Shown here: positions 63,313 to 64,000 of the stretch, one piece after another
Layout of the letters: each line of letters opens with the position of its first letter
How positions within the stretch are numbered: position 1 is the stretch's first letter
Program-made: the position numbers and the translations under genes
The notes under the pieces: generated by a model
Database searches by the model: none
The model's input: the letters and a program-made list of their open reading frames with translations, nothing else
What the model was told of the DNA's origin: nothing
Assembly (NCBI RefSeq): GCF_963921235.1
Contig: NC_086097.1
Location: 146,570,001 to 146,634,000, forward strand
Source: Mobula hypostoma
Lineage: Eukaryota
Reading direction: 5' to 3'
Length of the DNA: 64,000 bases

Positions 63313-64000
63313 TCATGATGAAGCTCATCAGGGATGGTCTGAAGCCAGACCTAGTCAAAGCCAAAGAAGTTTTGCCACAGCTATCCTGAACAGTATACTG
63401 CCTCATTTCACTGAGTATGGAAACAGACAGACAGCTGACCAATGATATTGAATGCTCAATGGCAAAGAGGTCTACTGAATTAAAGAGACAGACACAACAG
63501 AAACTGTGTTGCAATATGTTGATTGTAGAAAGTAACTGCCAATACAGGCAGACAGCTCATACAGCTCATAACGGGAAACAGAGCAGTGATTTTGCAGGAG
63601 AATCACCCGCCAGCACTTACACAGAGATGCACAAGCTGCAACCTTACTGTGACCCTGGGGCTGGAGAAATTTCAACAGCACACACAGGGGGAAGTTGTTT
63701 GAGCAGCAATCACAAGCCAGTCAGGACACTTGCTGTTAAAGGCACAATGAGGTAATATAGAATAATTCTGATGATGAAGGTAAACAATATAAAGATTTGG
63801 TGCTCTTGGGGAAAAAGACGATAATGTAGTGAATGCACACAGCTGAGGCAATCTCAACAACACAGGGACGCCACAGATATCGAGCTTGAGACGGTCAGCA
63901 TGGTGTATTGTATTTCAATTTCTCAGCCTCTCTTATGTACTTACAGGACAGGGACTATTTTGTATTGATTGGTAGCTGCATATCTGACTGAATAAAAATT

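Noticed and set aside
62400..63560. Possible coding exons or ORFs near the window end
   Set aside because: No recognisable protein and no consistent splice phases; may be a very old LINE remnant but cannot be supported.

Overview
Repeat-rich vertebrate genomic DNA; the CR1, Rex1, Penelope and HE1-like SINE repertoire suggests a cartilaginous fish (inference). One protein-coding gene is supportable: the last nine coding exons (189-34192, + strand, 415 aa in window, all GT-AG and phase-consistent) of a MEKK2/MEKK3-family MAP3 kinase. Its kinase signatures ([40 protein letters not shown]) fit the third, non-mammalian paralogue (map3k22-like) better than MAP3K2 or MAP3K3. The rest is mostly nested transposon debris: CR1 and Rex1/Babar LINEs, tRNA-derived SINEs, Tc1/mariner and hAT remnants, and many Penelope-like element (PLE) copies, including one with a 452-codon RT+GIY-YIG ORF and an 11-bp TSD. 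The most notable signal is that the PLE 3' termini carry a minimal type I hammerhead ribozyme motif (AGUC-CUGAnGA-A-GGGU/CUCG/GCCC-GAAA-CG-UC-GACU). It recurs in about 15 intact-to-decayed copies. One intact copy lies on the sense strand of a kinase intron, a second PLE family carries a different variant, and several fold-back insertions have their junctions inside the motif. Family names and exon homology are from manual reading and recall; no searches were run.
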